Below the pieces are notes generated by a model, which had not been told where the DNA came from, searched no databases, and worked only from the letters and a program-made list of their open reading frames with translations. A stretch of 61,892 nt of DNA, from positions 1 to 61,892 of IMG/VR virus record IMGVR_UViG_3300037461_001800; one strand, 5' to 3'. Below are positions 30,679-41,920 of the stretch, piece after piece. This DNA comes from a virus (taxonomy: Duplodnaviria; Caudoviricetes). The position numbers were made by a program, and so were the translations under genes. Each line of letters begins with the position of its first letter. Position 1 is the stretch's first letter.

Positions 30679-31704
30679 CTATATCACAACTAGGTTTCTA
30701 GTTACTGGGACTATGAAAGCTCCGAAACGGACACCACACAAAGAGCCATTCTTGAACACGGCGTTTCCATCATTCGTATGTTTTGGAACCATCGGAAGGT
30801 CTTCCAAAAGACCTCTCCAGCACTTCTTCCCAGTGTCAACACTTACAAGCTGAGGAGGCCAGCAAATAATCTTGCTTCCGTCCCTTAGATCATCATTATG
30901 AATTTCACATGACCAATTTGTTTCTTGTCTTTCACACAGGTTAACGGGCTGCAGGTTGCATTGAGACCCGTCTATATGAAGTGATTGGAAATTTATATCA
31001 GAATTCACTACGATTCCTAAGTCGTATTTGAAAGAAACGGCCTGTGTCATGTCCCATGAAGGATATGACCCTTCATGTAGAATGTTAAAGAATGTTGCAC
31101 ACTTAAATGAGTGCCAGGTGCCATCGTTGCCACCTATCAGGTGCCCAAACACAAAACTCCCGTCATGGGCGTTTACCATATATGTTCTGTATGCGAAATA
31201 ACCTGTGTATATAATTCTTGAATTAGCGTGTACCCATTCGTTTCCTGTCGGACTTGGTCTTGCATTTGTAACTAGAGTTGATAAATCCGGAAGATACTTA
31301 GTGAAATACCATTGACATATATATTCATAAGAGGCATGATACCAATCCAGAATTATATAAAATATTCCCCTTCGAGTTATAGGACTACGAAGTACAATCC
31401 ACGATCTAGGTACAACACTGCTGGTACCTCTTGACAAATCATCAACACTCAGCCAGTTGTCACCAAGTGAAGCAACAAGAGACCCACCACCAGCTCTACC
31501 ACAACTAGCTAGAACTGTCCATCTTCCCACTGAAGACGATGTCAATCCCGTTTTAAATTGAAATAGTGAATGTGAACACTGATTTATTGTTGAAGGACTG
31601 GTGTATGGACATAATGTTCCATCATCAGTCGTTTCCCAAATCTTCCTCCACACACCACGTTCATAACGTAGATTTTGTGTAGATCTGGTGTTATAAATTG
31701 TCAT
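30679..31704 (-). CDS. Putative virion protein, paralogous module family
   Basis: WTVLASC, DNW, SWIVLRSP, RGLLED. Confidence 0.7.
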   Translation of the reverse strand: MTIYNTRSTQNLRYERGVWRKIWETTDDGTLCPYTSPSTINQCSHSLFQFKTGLTSSSVGRWTVLASCGRAGGGSLVASLGDNWLSVDDLSRGTSSVVPRSWIVLRSPITRRGIFYIILDWYHASYEYICQWYFTKYLPDLSTLVTNARPSPTGNEWVHANSRIIYTGYFAYRTYMVNAHDGSFVFGHLIGGNDGTWHSFKCATFFNILHEGSYPSWDMTQAVSFKYDLGIVVNSDINFQSLHIDGSQCNLQPVNLCERQETNWSCEIHNDDLRDGSKIICWPPQLVSVDTGKKCWRGLLEDLPMVPKHTNDGNAVFKNGSLCGVRFGAFIVPVTRNLVVI

Positions 31705-34700
31705 GCAAACACCGGTTCAACACTTCCAGGAACCCAATACTTTCCTTCTACACATATATAGGCGTAAGGAGGTTTTTCGGGAGCCATGGAGGTATTCGGT
31801 GTAGTGGATACGCTCAAGTATACATCCCGAATTGGACCAATAAGTGTATTCATTCCCCCATAAAAATCAACATTCGATATGAAGGGCTGAATCATTACTG
31901 GATGGGCTACCGTGTTCCAAAAATAATCATATAAACCAATATCTGAAATGATCCTATATGAACTACTAACGTTATAGTGTGGTATTTGTACCCCGCATCC
32001 TATTAGACGTGGGCCACCTGGAACGTAAGATCGCCACTTGGTATACTGTACATCATTCCTTGCAGTCCCCCATGGATAATGATACATTACACTTTTCTGA
32101 AAAGAATCCGGAACGCTATCAGACGATAGCACAGAAAAGATTGTCATAGCATGCCAATAAGTACTGGAAGCTATAGTCTGACGTAGGAATATAAAACTGC
32201 CGTCGTTACAGACTGACAAGTAGTTTCTGCATCCGGATGTCCCGCTAGGGTAATACACATTCTCGTCAAAAACTGAATAATACCACTTATCATCATTAGT
32301 CCAAAACGGACACAGCTGGCCCCCAGGCGTTCTGAAAATCGGCTTCGAATTTCCTACAATAGCCTGCATTTTGACATTCGAAGTGGAATAATTCCATAAA
32401 ATCAACCAGAATCTCCCACTGCTAGATATGGGACTCTGGAGGACTACCCATCCACTCGGCCCTTGCCCACTGCCGCTGTCCCTCCACAAAACATCTGTAT
32501 ATGTCTCCCATACGTCGAATGGACCGGTACTATCACCGCCATAAGTTCCGCCAGAAGTTGTTCCTTCATATTCATATATAGTTCCGTCACTGCTGCCTAT
32601 AACGGTCCATCCGTTCGCTGCCAACTTGTTTTTCCAGTCCAAAATAAGTCTCTGATGTGTTATCGAAATTGAGTCCCCGGCTCCAATCACATATTGAGGA
32701 ACTGTGGTCCATAGTCCTTCTGTGGTCAAATCTGAATGCGTAGGATAATCAAGTACATAATTATCACTCTTCATATTTACCAGAGTCCCTGGATAGTATT
32801 TATTACCTAGAGACCAATAAGCCAAAAGATCAGAACTTGTAGTTAAAGTTTCTGGATCCGCTGGAACCCCACCATTATAAATTTCGGTAATTTCAGGTGC
32901 CGTCAATTCCGTTATGTAGAAAGATACCTCAGCCAGGTTACCTAATAGTGGAAGACTAGATCTAGCGGTCGATCCAAAATATAAACTGGCGTTATCATTA
33001 ATGTCTGCGGTCAAAGCGTCTAAGACAGTAGTAACGGTTTGCAAACTTCCATCAACATATATCTTCATGGAAGATGCGAGAGACACACCCCCATGAGTAA
33101 CCACAAGATGATGCCAAAGATTGTCATCAAAAGACGTTGTCGTACGTATGGTGGCCCTTACTGTTGCTGTATTCGCTAAAGTCCATTCTATTAGTCCAGT
33201 CGTTGTTAGGCTAATGACGTACCCTTTCCTTGTTGCGTCCTCTTTGGCTATAATGGTTCTCTCCACACCATATGAAGGAGCTTTGAACCAGCATGAAATC
33301 GAAAATTTTTCGTTTCTAAGAAAAATAAACGCATTCCCAACGGATAACGTTTGCGACTTACCAAAAAATATGGACTTTTTGGCCACTCCACCAGGTGTAT
33401 CTACATCAATTCTGTTTAAGAGGGAGCTCAATACACCCTGTGGTATGTCTTCAAAATTATTCGTATTACCCAGTCTCCACCAGTTCAAAAGACTCGATGC
33501 TGAAGCAAGAGTCGTAACATCTGTAGGTGCACCGCCGTTATATAAATCAATTGCATCTGATTCAACTAAGGACGTATTGTAAACAGAAATCTCTGTCAGA
33601 TTTCCTCTATAATTATAATTGTTGGACTCCTGATCTCCGTTACCAATCACTACCGAATAATTATATGATGGCATGACAGTCCCACTACTGGTTGAAGTGG
33701 TCGATTGTTGAACACCGTCAACCCAGATCTTCATGCTAGATACAGAGTCACCACCTTTCACAGCCAAAACATGATGCCAATTTCCATCTAGCCAGGTGCT
33801 GACAGTTTCAATACGACGATAAAAAGACGTGCCCGACCTAAAGTTCAGCTTTATGACCCCGGAGCTTCTAATTCCTAAAAACCAGCCATATTGCCCCCCA
33901 CTCATTTCGTTGGAACGACCAATAATCGCTCCACAAACATACTGACTTGTAGACTTGAACCAGGCAGACACTGACCAAACATCATATTGTCCAAAAATCA
34001 AATTACTTATTAGACCCAGATGCCATATTAATTCAGAAGAATTTGTCTCCATGCAAAATCTGGCTATTCCACCTGGACCAATAGCCCTCATCTTAAGATC
34101 AGTCGGACTTGCGTATGGTAGACCATAGTCTGTTTCATTCAACGAGCATTCGAGCTTATTACATCCTCTTCCAGATCCACCAGTCGGAGAAACATTCGGA
34201 TACTGAGCTAGGTCCTCCAGCCGTAGGGGTGGGTCTCCAAGCTTCCAATATGAAACTAGTGTCGGAGCCGATACCAACGCTCTCGGGTCCACAGGAGCCC
34301 CACTGTTGTATAAGGCTGCGGCGTCGGTCCCGGTTAAAGCAGCTGTGTATACCGATACTTCGTCAATCAGTCCGGTAAAAAGAACTGATCCATCCGATCT
34401 ACCAGATATATTTAAATTGCTTGAAGTTGACCAATTCGTCGTTAAGTTATTACCGACTACGGTTATTGTTTGAACAATTCCATCGACCCACATAGAAAAG
34501 CCAGAAGCATTACTGGACCCTGTGTATGATACAAGAACATGATGCCAAGCCCCGTCATTAACGACTGTCGACCCATATAAGTCTATTCTGTTAGTACCAC
34601 TATAATACCAAATTACCTTAATCTGATATGTCGAACCCCTCAGCAGAATTCCATAGCCTGACGGCAAGCTGCCAGAAGTCATTTTTGATATGATATATCC

Positions 34701-35534
34701 TTCTGTTGTAGAGGTAGTCTTGACCCAAAATGAGAATGAACATGCGGTCGTTCTCTGGAATGCGTTCACATTGCCAAATCCGACATACTTCGTCAAGGCT
34801 GCATTGAACGACAATGACTCTGTCGACACTCCACCGGGGGTATCTGAAGAAATATCTGTGGTGGTCATGTTGACAGCTGTCCCATGATAGCTGGATATAG
34901 ACGAGTCTAGCACTGTTGGGAACAGTATGGACGAAGAATCGCTTGTAGTCCACCAAGCAGACAGGTACTTTTTACTACCAAGTGCATTTAAATTAATTAA
35001 ATTTCCATCATTATATAATAAAGAAACATCAGAAATGGACATTTCATAATCTGCGTAGAATGCCACTTCGGTAAAACGACAAGATAACAAATTACTACCG
35101 TTGTTTCTGCCTCCTAGGTTAAATTCTGCCGTTGTTGTTGTCGGATTTGATCCAAGCGAACTACTAATCACAGTTGACGGTTGTAAAACTTCGTCAATCC
35201 ATAGTTTACTACCTACTCCAGAAACAGGAGGTGAATACGTCCAAACGACTTGGTGCCAAGTCCCGTCATTCCATCCAACAGAATCAGTTCTAATTTCTTC
35301 TTGGTAAGTTGCGTCTGAAAATAACCTGGCTCTTAGCTCGCCAGAAGCTCCAACAAAGATTCCGTACCCGGTTGGCGCGTCGTCCATTTTGGACAACAAA
35401 TATCCGTTAGAATCGGTCGTTTTAAACCAAACAACTATGGAAAACGTGTCTCCCGGAGACACGTTCAAGACGTTGCCCATCTTCACGTATTGTGAAGATC
35501 CGTTAACTTCAAGGCAGTATGGAACGTTACTCAT
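31701..35534 (-). CDS. Large virion protein with 4 LamG/ConA-like domains and a C-terminal family module
   Basis: Four SxSxWFK...WH(H/Q)V...EVxxY...LYNxGxP...W repeats. Confidence 0.82.
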   Translation of the reverse strand: MSNVPYCLEVNGSSQYVKMGNVLNVSPGDTFSIVVWFKTTDSNGYLLSKMDDAPTGYGIFVGASGELRARLFSDATYQEEIRTDSVGWNDGTWHQVVWTYSPPVSGVGSKLWIDEVLQPSTVISSSLGSNPTTTTAEFNLGGRNNGSNLLSCRFTEVAFYADYEMSISDVSLLYNDGNLINLNALGSKKYLSAWWTTSDSSSILFPTVLDSSISSYHGTAVNMTTTDISSDTPGGVSTESLSFNAALTKYVGFGNVNAFQRTTACSFSFWVKTTSTTEGYIISKMTSGSLPSGYGILLRGSTYQIKVIWYYSGTNRIDLYGSTVVNDGAWHHVLVSYTGSSNASGFSMWVDGIVQTITVVGNNLTTNWSTSSNLNISGRSDGSVLFTGLIDEVSVYTAALTGTDAAALYNSGAPVDPRALVSAPTLVSYWKLGDPPLRLEDLAQYPNVSPTGGSGRGCNKLECSLNETDYGLPYASPTDLKMRAIGPGGIARFCMETNSSELIWHLGLISNLIFGQYDVWSVSAWFKSTSQYVCGAIIGRSNEMSGGQYGWFLGIRSSGVIKLNFRSGTSFYRRIETVSTWLDGNWHHVLAVKGGDSVSSMKIWVDGVQQSTTSTSSGTVMPSYNYSVVIGNGDQESNNYNYRGNLTEISVYNTSLVESDAIDLYNGGAPTDVTTLASASSLLNWWRLGNTNNFEDIPQGVLSSLLNRIDVDTPGGVAKKSIFFGKSQTLSVGNAFIFLRNEKFSISCWFKAPSYGVERTIIAKEDATRKGYVISLTTTGLIEWTLANTATVRATIRTTTSFDDNLWHHLVVTHGGVSLASSMKIYVDGSLQTVTTVLDALTADINDNASLYFGSTARSSLPLLGNLAEVSFYITELTAPEITEIYNGGVPADPETLTTSSDLLAYWSLGNKYYPGTLVNMKSDNYVLDYPTHSDLTTEGLWTTVPQYVIGAGDSISITHQRLILDWKNKLAANGWTVIGSSDGTIYEYEGTTSGGTYGGDSTGPFDVWETYTDVLWRDSGSGQGPSGWVVLQSPISSSGRFWLILWNYSTSNVKMQAIVGNSKPIFRTPGGQLCPFWTNDDKWYYSVFDENVYYPSGTSGCRNYLSVCNDGSFIFLRQTIASSTYWHAMTIFSVLSSDSVPDSFQKSVMYHYPWGTARNDVQYTKWRSYVPGGPRLIGCGVQIPHYNVSSSYRIISDIGLYDYFWNTVAHPVMIQPFISNVDFYGGMNTLIGPIRDVYLSVSTTPNTSMAPEKPPYAYICVEGKYWVPGSVEPVFA

Positions 35535-36220
35535 GTGATTTTAGTGAAAATTAATTCAGCAGATTTACATACTACAGCGTTTCCGCCACCCTCAACCCCA
35601 ATCCACAATCGAGCCTCGAATACACCAGGGCCACCGGCAGATAAGTCTTCAAACGCCGTGCTAACATCAGTTTCGTAAGCACTTGGTATCAACTGATTCG
35701 GCGTTGGTCCACCTGGAGGTGGACTCCCAGTTCCGGTGTCTATCTGAGAACCAGAAACAACGTCAGGAACACCAGAGTTTAAAACGCCATTGATATCATA
35801 TAGATCCATATATGCCTCATATCCGGCGCTTCCACTCGTAGATTCCATAATGACACGGTATTTTACTGTGTTTGGGACGCTCGGTACCTCATTTGCGTCA
35901 ATGTACGCAGCCCCGACGGAAGTTGGAATACTTACCGAGACTGGCTCCGACTTTGCATTGATTAGGATGACCGGCTTGGAATTTGATCCTGCCCCCGGAG
36001 TCCATTCATCCCAAGCAAGTAAATCAATTCCAAGCTGCCATAACTTATTATCATCTTGTGTGACAGCGAACATTCCAGCTTTTCGATATCCAGCAGGAAT
36101 GGCATCTCTTGCAGTCGCATCTGCTACGATGCGTAAACTGCCTTTAAAATCCGAGTCTTCGATAAGCGGGAATTCGGCGGCGTTCTTTTGCTTTATTTGA
36201 TCTATAACATAAATAGGCAT
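35531..36220 (-). CDS. Putative fibre-associated virion protein
   Basis: ARDAIPAGYRKAGM N-terminal motif; C-terminal VGAAY domain also found inside 37377-40874. Confidence 0.65.
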   Translation of the reverse strand: MPIYVIDQIKQKNAAEFPLIEDSDFKGSLRIVADATARDAIPAGYRKAGMFAVTQDDNKLWQLGIDLLAWDEWTPGAGSNSKPVILINAKSEPVSVSIPTSVGAAYIDANEVPSVPNTVKYRVIMESTSGSAGYEAYMDLYDINGVLNSGVPDVVSGSQIDTGTGSPPPGGPTPNQLIPSAYETDVSTAFEDLSAGGPGVFEARLWIGVEGGGNAVVCKSAELIFTKIT

Positions 36221-36221
36221 T

Positions 36222-37334
36222 TCACGTCACCGTGACCGTTGTCGTTCCAAGATTCGGCTGCACAGACCTGTACACCCTATAATTTTCAGTAAACCCATAT
36301 GCATTTTCTACAGAAACTGTAGCCGCAAGTTCAAATCCACCCTCAAATCCACCAACCCAAAAAGTTCCGGTCCCATAGGCATCTCTATAACAGTAATGAA
36401 TGTGCTGGGTAGCGCCAGCTGTAACAGTAAACGTCCTGGATCTAGAGCTAGCAATGGCATAGTTGGACAAAGATTCGATGAAAGCCTCGTCATAACCGAC
36501 AGGAATATCCGCGGCGTCCCAGTATACTCTCTGAAGCCAAGAGACTGTAAAACTAGCCGTTTTAGAAAAAGTATACTCTGTCGCTTCAATAGAAAATGTG
36601 ACAAAACCACCATAAGAATTTTTCACAAAGGTTCCGTCACTCGAAAAGGCTGTTGGGGTGCTGCTTACATCTTTCGGTGGACTACCCTCTGTGTCTGTTA
36701 GAATAACCGAATCCGGTGTCCTTGGGTATGCTGCCGTAAAAGCAGGAGTGACAATAGACTGCCCAACTTCAAGTGCAGAAGTACCTGATAGCGAAGCTGT
36801 AAACGCAGGATCTATCATATCAAGTGTCAACTTTGTTGGGGTCCATATGGCCCCCAGCCATAATGGGGTGTAGTACAGATCTGGAGCATCGTCACTAAAT
36901 GGTCTCCCCTGGAGGCCTGCAACTAATGGATCCGGGTATTCGTCTGCTAAGTCCCCTCCAGCAGGACCGTATATATTACCAGGATCACCCTTATCACCTT
37001 TGGGTCCAACCGGGCCCTCTTCTCCTTGTGGTCCAACCGGGCCTTTCTCCCCTGGTGGCCCTTTGATTGAGTCAAGCTTTGCTCCCTTCTTGGCGAGTTT
37101 CACCATGAAGGTGTATTCCCAAATTGTCTGCTTTTGTGCAATTCCAAAAAGAATAATCTGAATAATGATATAGTCTTGGTTCAGTCCAAGCGTCCCATAC
37201 ACTTGATTATATACTTGTGGCGTATCAAACTGGAGTGCGGGATTTGATAACATTTGATCGGTCGTTAGAATGACCGTGGCCTTATAAGTGTCGGCCTGAT
37301 CTGATACTTGCTTTATAACACCAACGTTAATCAT
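36222..37334 (-). CDS. Collagen-repeat fibre protein
   Basis: Short Gly-X-Y run, GPAGGDL..YPDP motif; N-terminal domain shared with 37377-40874. Confidence 0.75.
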   Translation of the reverse strand: MINVGVIKQVSDQADTYKATVILTTDQMLSNPALQFDTPQVYNQVYGTLGLNQDYIIIQIILFGIAQKQTIWEYTFMVKLAKKGAKLDSIKGPPGEKGPVGPQGEEGPVGPKGDKGDPGNIYGPAGGDLADEYPDPLVAGLQGRPFSDDAPDLYYTPLWLGAIWTPTKLTLDMIDPAFTASLSGTSALEVGQSIVTPAFTAAYPRTPDSVILTDTEGSPPKDVSSTPTAFSSDGTFVKNSYGGFVTFSIEATEYTFSKTASFTVSWLQRVYWDAADIPVGYDEAFIESLSNYAIASSRSRTFTVTAGATQHIHYCYRDAYGTGTFWVGGFEGGFELAATVSVENAYGFTENYRVYRSVQPNLGTTTVTVT

Positions 37335-37376
37335 ATTGGAAAAACCTCAATGGGGTCAATTTAAACTAATCAAACA

Positions 37377-40300
37377 TCAAAACATATCCCTGAGCCGCCA
37401 GTATCCAACCAAACCAGAAGACCCTGCTACATTCTTTGGCACTCCCATATTGTATACTGTAGTAACCTCTGAACCTGATAACACTTTGTTCCATACTGAC
37501 ACGTCAGCGATTGACCCGTTCCAAAAGAAATTGGCACCTTCAATTGACCCAATTGATAAGGAAGCCGTTGATGTTATGCTGCTGCTTAGGGTATTAAAAT
37601 ATGTAACCGGTGATGAATCGAGAACGCCGTCCAGATATAACTTAACTCCAGATGGTGTTGAAGAACCGTCATAAGTTGCCACAATATGGTGCCATTTATT
37701 ATCTACGACTTCTATACTTGTTCCTACCGCTAAATGGTTTGTGGTAGCCGTATTTATCAGATCTAATCGCATACGTTTGTAAGGGGAGTCTGGATTATTG
37801 GTTGTTACTAGTCTCCATCCTCTATAAGTTCCAGAAGAAATACCCTTTGCGATAACGGCCTCCCACTTCTGTGTTCCTGTTTTAAACCATGCAGATACAC
37901 TAAAAGTATCCGTACGTTCAAAATTAAGAATGTTATTCATTATAACGTATTCATTTGTTCCATCGAACACGAGACAATTCTTCAAGAATGCTTTAGAAAC
38001 GAATAGGGAACGGTCAAGTATGTCACTGCTGCTCATATTAGTCATTGTGCCATTATGAGGCGTTACAGCTCTATCTTTTACAGTCGGATGTATATCTCCA
38101 TTACCTAGCGACCACCAGCCAACAATATTGGCTGCCATGCTGGTTTGATCTAAAATCACTGGCATAACCCCGTTGTTGTATAACTCTGTGACCTCTGTGG
38201 CAGACAGTTTCTTATTCCAAACGGCAACATCATCTAAAGAACCGTTATAGTACTGATAGGAAGTAGTAATCTCCCTACGGGCAATAGTTAACGACGTGCC
38301 AGCCTTATATATGCTAGCGTTAAGATTGTTATATGCAACAACAGCTGACTGTAAAACTCCGTTAAAATAAAAAAGAATTCCACTAGCTGATCCGGATCCG
38401 TCATAAGTACAAACACAATGGTACCATTTATCATCATTCAAAATAGGAACCAAGCAATAAGACCAAAGCAAGTTTGTTATCCATGTGCGGACGAGGCCAA
38501 AAAAAATTTGGTTTCCACCTGTTATGCCTAAAACCCATCCCTCTGGGGATGTCGAGCTCTCACGAGCAATTATAGTACTGTCAGCGGCTGTAGTTGTTTT
38601 CATCCAAAATGAAACAGAAAAAGCAGTATACCGATCTACAACCGACCCAAGTACATCTCCCATCGTTATATAATCATTGCTTCCGTCAAATTTAATACAT
38701 TTACCATAAGGAGCATCAGATGTGATATCCGATATCTCCATATTAATAGAGGTTCCGGTATAATTATTCCCAGAAAAATCTGGAACTTCAGGAAAGTTAC
38801 CGCCGTAATCAACATCCAACTTAGCCATGCTGCATGTTACGTTTTCGGTTTGTGAAGAATCACCCATCCATAGCATGCATTCAAGTACACCAGAAGCTGT
38901 TACAGACCCTAGAACTGACGACAAGTTTACCGAATAATAAGTTGCCGTCAAATCAGTTTTTGGCCCAATTAAAGAGATCGATATATATCCTGGGGTCCCT
39001 GTTATTCCATCTTTATCATATATTTTAGTGTTTACTGAGTATGATGCGTTTGTTGTCTCCAGTATAACTTTAAAGTCTACTGTCCTAAAATAGGAGCCGG
39101 CATTAAAATATGCCGCTCCAACCACCGCCGGTACTGATGATGTCGAATTTGTAGATAGCTTACCACCAAAGTCCATCGTTCTATACTGATACGGGCCTAC
39201 AGGGCCCATTGGTCCTACAGATCCATCCGCTCCAGTTGAACCTGTAGGACCAATGGGCCCATCCGCTCCAGTTGGACCTGTAGGACCAATGGCTCCATCC
39301 GCTCCAGTTGGACCTATGGGACCAATGGCTCCATCCGCTCCAGTTGGACCTGTAGGACCAATGGCTCCATCCGCTCCAGTTGGACCTATGGGACCAATGG
39401 CTCCATCCGCTCCAGTTGAACCTGTAGGACCAATGGCTCCATCCGCTCCAGTTGAACCTGTAGGACCAATGGCTCCATCCGCTCCAGTTGGACCTATGGG
39501 ACCAATGGCTCCATCCGCTCCAGTTGGACCTATGGGACCAATGGCTCCATCCGCTCCAGTTGGACCTGTAGGACCAATGGCTCCATCCGCTCCAGTTGAA
39601 CCTGTAGGACCAATCGGTCCGGTAACTCCATCCGCTCCAGTTGAACCTGTAGGACCAATGGCTCCAGAACTTATTGTCGTAGTTAAATTAGATTTATTAG
39701 AACTTCCCTCGAAATATAGGGTTACGCTAGGTGTTCCACTACTGATTATTGCATATAATTTGAATATTATTCTATCTGAAACAAGCAGAGCATACGAACT
39801 CAAATCCGAGTATTCACTCTCGATTTTCTCGATTGTTGTATTTGAGAAAGCCCCGGAAGAGCCACTTCGTAAAAAAAGTTCCTTAGTCGTTATAACTATT
39901 GACGCCCCAGCTGATTCATCAATTATAGTTTCTTCGACCACGATGTCAGTTGCTGTAATTGATCTAATTGTGAATTTATCCGTTCCGAAATTTGAAACAG
40001 ACCCTGATACACTCAAGCTAGAACCAAATGTGAATCCATCAGTTATAAATGACCCTGACGTTCTATGAATAGTCTTTGTTGATGCAATAAAAGAAATGTT
40101 AGTTTGAGCTCCAGTGGTTGCTACGTCAGCAACCGACCTCTTAAACAAACTAATGCTAATTATGGCACTGTCTTGGTTTACTTTTGCATAATAATTCTTA
40201 TACGCATTCCCAGACGGGAGGCTGGTTACGCCGGGTTCCCCCGAGGGAGTTGCGAATCCTGATATTAAAGTTCCAGGAGAACTGGTTGCAGCAATTGCTC

Positions 40301-40874
40301 CAGTATTAGATTCGGTGTTTGGGCTCGGAGATGCTAATGCAATTTTATACGATGATATGTCAGAAGAGTCAGTAAAATCTAGATAAAAAACCTTTCCTGT
40401 TATTTGACCTGATGGCCCGGCTGGGCCAGTTATCCCCTGAATACCCTGGGGGCCAGTTGTGCCAGTTGTGCCAGTTGCCCCCGTACTTCCGGTAGTTCCC
40501 GAAGGTCCAACCGGACCCAAAGAACCGGTTGGACCGGTTCCTCCGACTGGTCCTGGCCTACCAGCAGGCCCAGCAGGCCCTAAGGGTCCTGCTGGGCCCT
40601 GAATTGTGTCTAGTCTGGCTCCAGATTTAGCGAATTTAAATGAAAAGTTATATACGTAGGATCCGGCACCTTGCGTAATTTGAGTCAGGACAGCCTGAGA
40701 CACAAAATAGTCAGTTCCGATTCCGAGAGATTTATAAATTTGACTCCAGTTAACGGGGTCATTTAGCGTGGTGAGCGGATTTATCAGATATGAGTCCGAT
40801 GTCAATAATATAAGCGCTCTGATCGTTCCGGCTTGATCAGATGCCAGCCTCATTGTACCAATTGTTATAGTCAT
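37377..40874 (-). CDS. Collagen-repeat fibre protein with 2 C-terminal LamG domains
   Basis: Two Gly-X-Y tracts followed by two LamG repeats. Confidence 0.85.
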   Translation of the reverse strand: MTITIGTMRLASDQAGTIRALILLTSDSYLINPLTTLNDPVNWSQIYKSLGIGTDYFVSQAVLTQITQGAGSYVYNFSFKFAKSGARLDTIQGPAGPLGPAGPAGRPGPVGGTGPTGSLGPVGPSGTTGSTGATGTTGTTGPQGIQGITGPAGPSGQITGKVFYLDFTDSSDISSYKIALASPSPNTESNTGAIAATSSPGTLISGFATPSGEPGVTSLPSGNAYKNYYAKVNQDSAIISISLFKRSVADVATTGAQTNISFIASTKTIHRTSGSFITDGFTFGSSLSVSGSVSNFGTDKFTIRSITATDIVVEETIIDESAGASIVITTKELFLRSGSSGAFSNTTIEKIESEYSDLSSYALLVSDRIIFKLYAIISSGTPSVTLYFEGSSNKSNLTTTISSGAIGPTGSTGADGVTGPIGPTGSTGADGAIGPTGPTGADGAIGPIGPTGADGAIGPIGPTGADGAIGPTGSTGADGAIGPTGSTGADGAIGPIGPTGADGAIGPTGPTGADGAIGPIGPTGADGAIGPTGPTGADGPIGPTGSTGADGSVGPMGPVGPYQYRTMDFGGKLSTNSTSSVPAVVGAAYFNAGSYFRTVDFKVILETTNASYSVNTKIYDKDGITGTPGYISISLIGPKTDLTATYYSVNLSSVLGSVTASGVLECMLWMGDSSQTENVTCSMAKLDVDYGGNFPEVPDFSGNNYTGTSINMEISDITSDAPYGKCIKFDGSNDYITMGDVLGSVVDRYTAFSVSFWMKTTTAADSTIIARESSTSPEGWVLGITGGNQIFFGLVRTWITNLLWSYCLVPILNDDKWYHCVCTYDGSGSASGILFYFNGVLQSAVVAYNNLNASIYKAGTSLTIARREITTSYQYYNGSLDDVAVWNKKLSATEVTELYNNGVMPVILDQTSMAANIVGWWSLGNGDIHPTVKDRAVTPHNGTMTNMSSSDILDRSLFVSKAFLKNCLVFDGTNEYVIMNNILNFERTDTFSVSAWFKTGTQKWEAVIAKGISSGTYRGWRLVTTNNPDSPYKRMRLDLINTATTNHLAVGTSIEVVDNKWHHIVATYDGSSTPSGVKLYLDGVLDSSPVTYFNTLSSSITSTASLSIGSIEGANFFWNGSIADVSVWNKVLSGSEVTTVYNMGVPKNVAGSSGLVGYWRLRDMF
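39223..39666. repeat. About 12 tandem copies of a 36-bp unit encoding GAIGP(T/I)G(P/S)TGAD
   Basis: Repeated CCATCCGCTCCAGTTG(G/A)ACCT(G/A)T(A/G)GGACCAATGGCT. Confidence 0.93.
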
Positions 40875-40994
40875 TAATTACTCACACGATAACGTCTAAC
40901 ACGTCGTTAGTCATTAGAAGGTCCTAACATGACATGTTAATGACACCTTTTATATAACTATACATTGTATATTCTCAATCCTTTTATTCCAGTT

Positions 40995-41522
40995 ATGAAC
41001 ATGAGTATAACTCCAGAACTCGTAGCATCGGCTATTCGCCGTATCGCCTCAAAAATCGACAAATCTGAACAGCCAAGTATGCGACTCGTATGCCGAGACC
41101 TGACCAAGCTTGCACAAAATATGCGGACTGCGGCAAACGGCCCGATGTCTCTAACGCTAGACGGTGAAATTAGTATCTTCGATATTGATGTGAAATATGA
41201 ATTTTTTAATATGGAGAAAAAGATGGATGAAGACTCACTCAAATTCGGGATCCGATTTGTTCTCGGATCTGATTTGGAAGAGCGAATGGCGACAGGCCAG
41301 GTCAGCTCAAGTCTGACAAAAATGCAGCTTCATCGTTATGTTTTTCGTAATGCAGACCTAGCCCGAACTGGCCCTCCCGGGGCCATAAAAGGAGACCCGG
41401 AACTTAATAGATTCGGTTTGTTCCCGAATGTGTTCACAAAGTGCCTGAAGGATGCTATGGCAAGAATGGGACTATCATCACTGCGCGGAATAAATATAAC
41501 TGATGAAGCTTTCCATCCATAG
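40995..41522 (+). CDS. Hypothetical protein, N-terminal KIDxSExPS family
   Basis: LVASAIRRIASKIDKSEQPS resembles 19154-19579. Confidence 0.7.
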   Translation: MNMSITPELVASAIRRIASKIDKSEQPSMRLVCRDLTKLAQNMRTAANGPMSLTLDGEISIFDIDVKYEFFNMEKKMDEDSLKFGIRFVLGSDLEERMATGQVSSSLTKMQLHRYVFRNADLARTGPPGAIKGDPELNRFGLFPNVFTKCLKDAMARMGLSSLRGINITDEAFHP

Positions 41523-41879
41523 TTATTGCAAGTCGTTTCTCTTAAGTTTTCCAGCAATATCTACAACATAATCCCATGGATTAACATCCACACCAAGCCT
41601 TTGGCTAATTGTTTTTGACATATCAACACGTTGATCCCTATCAAAAAAGTCTCCTACCTTTGAAAGATTAGTAACCAAGGCTTCTGGACGACCGATAGCT
41701 TCAAGTACTTTTTTAACCCACGGAAAAAGTACTGTGACACGATCTCGACTAACATACTCTATCTTAATGTCTCCCCGTTCTATCTTCCTGCGAATATCCG
41801 AAGCACGTGTTCCTCTTTTTTCTCCGTATTTGCTGAAACCTGACATTATTAGTACCTTCATTGTTTGTTTAGAAGACAA
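41523..41879 (-). CDS. Hypothetical protein
   Basis: ORF downstream of purB; start codon uncertain. Confidence 0.6.
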   Translation of the reverse strand: MSSKQTMKVLIMSGFSKYGEKRGTRASDIRRKIERGDIKIEYVSRDRVTVLFPWVKKVLEAIGRPEALVTNLSKVGDFFDRDQRVDMSKTISQRLGVDVNPWDYVVDIAGKLKRNDLQ

Positions 41880-41920
41880 ACTAACGACATGTGTAACTGA
41901 TCAAATCAGATTGTCTTCGT

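Noticed and set aside
5387-35534. Diversity-generating retroelement acting on the fibre paralogues
   Set aside because: No reverse transcriptase in the window and no repeat pair with adenine-only mismatches was seen
39223-39666. CRISPR array
   Set aside because: The 36-bp units are contiguous with no unique spacers and encode in-frame Gly-X-Y
39253-40068. 271-aa plus-strand repetitive ORF
   Set aside because: Antisense shadow of the collagen gene
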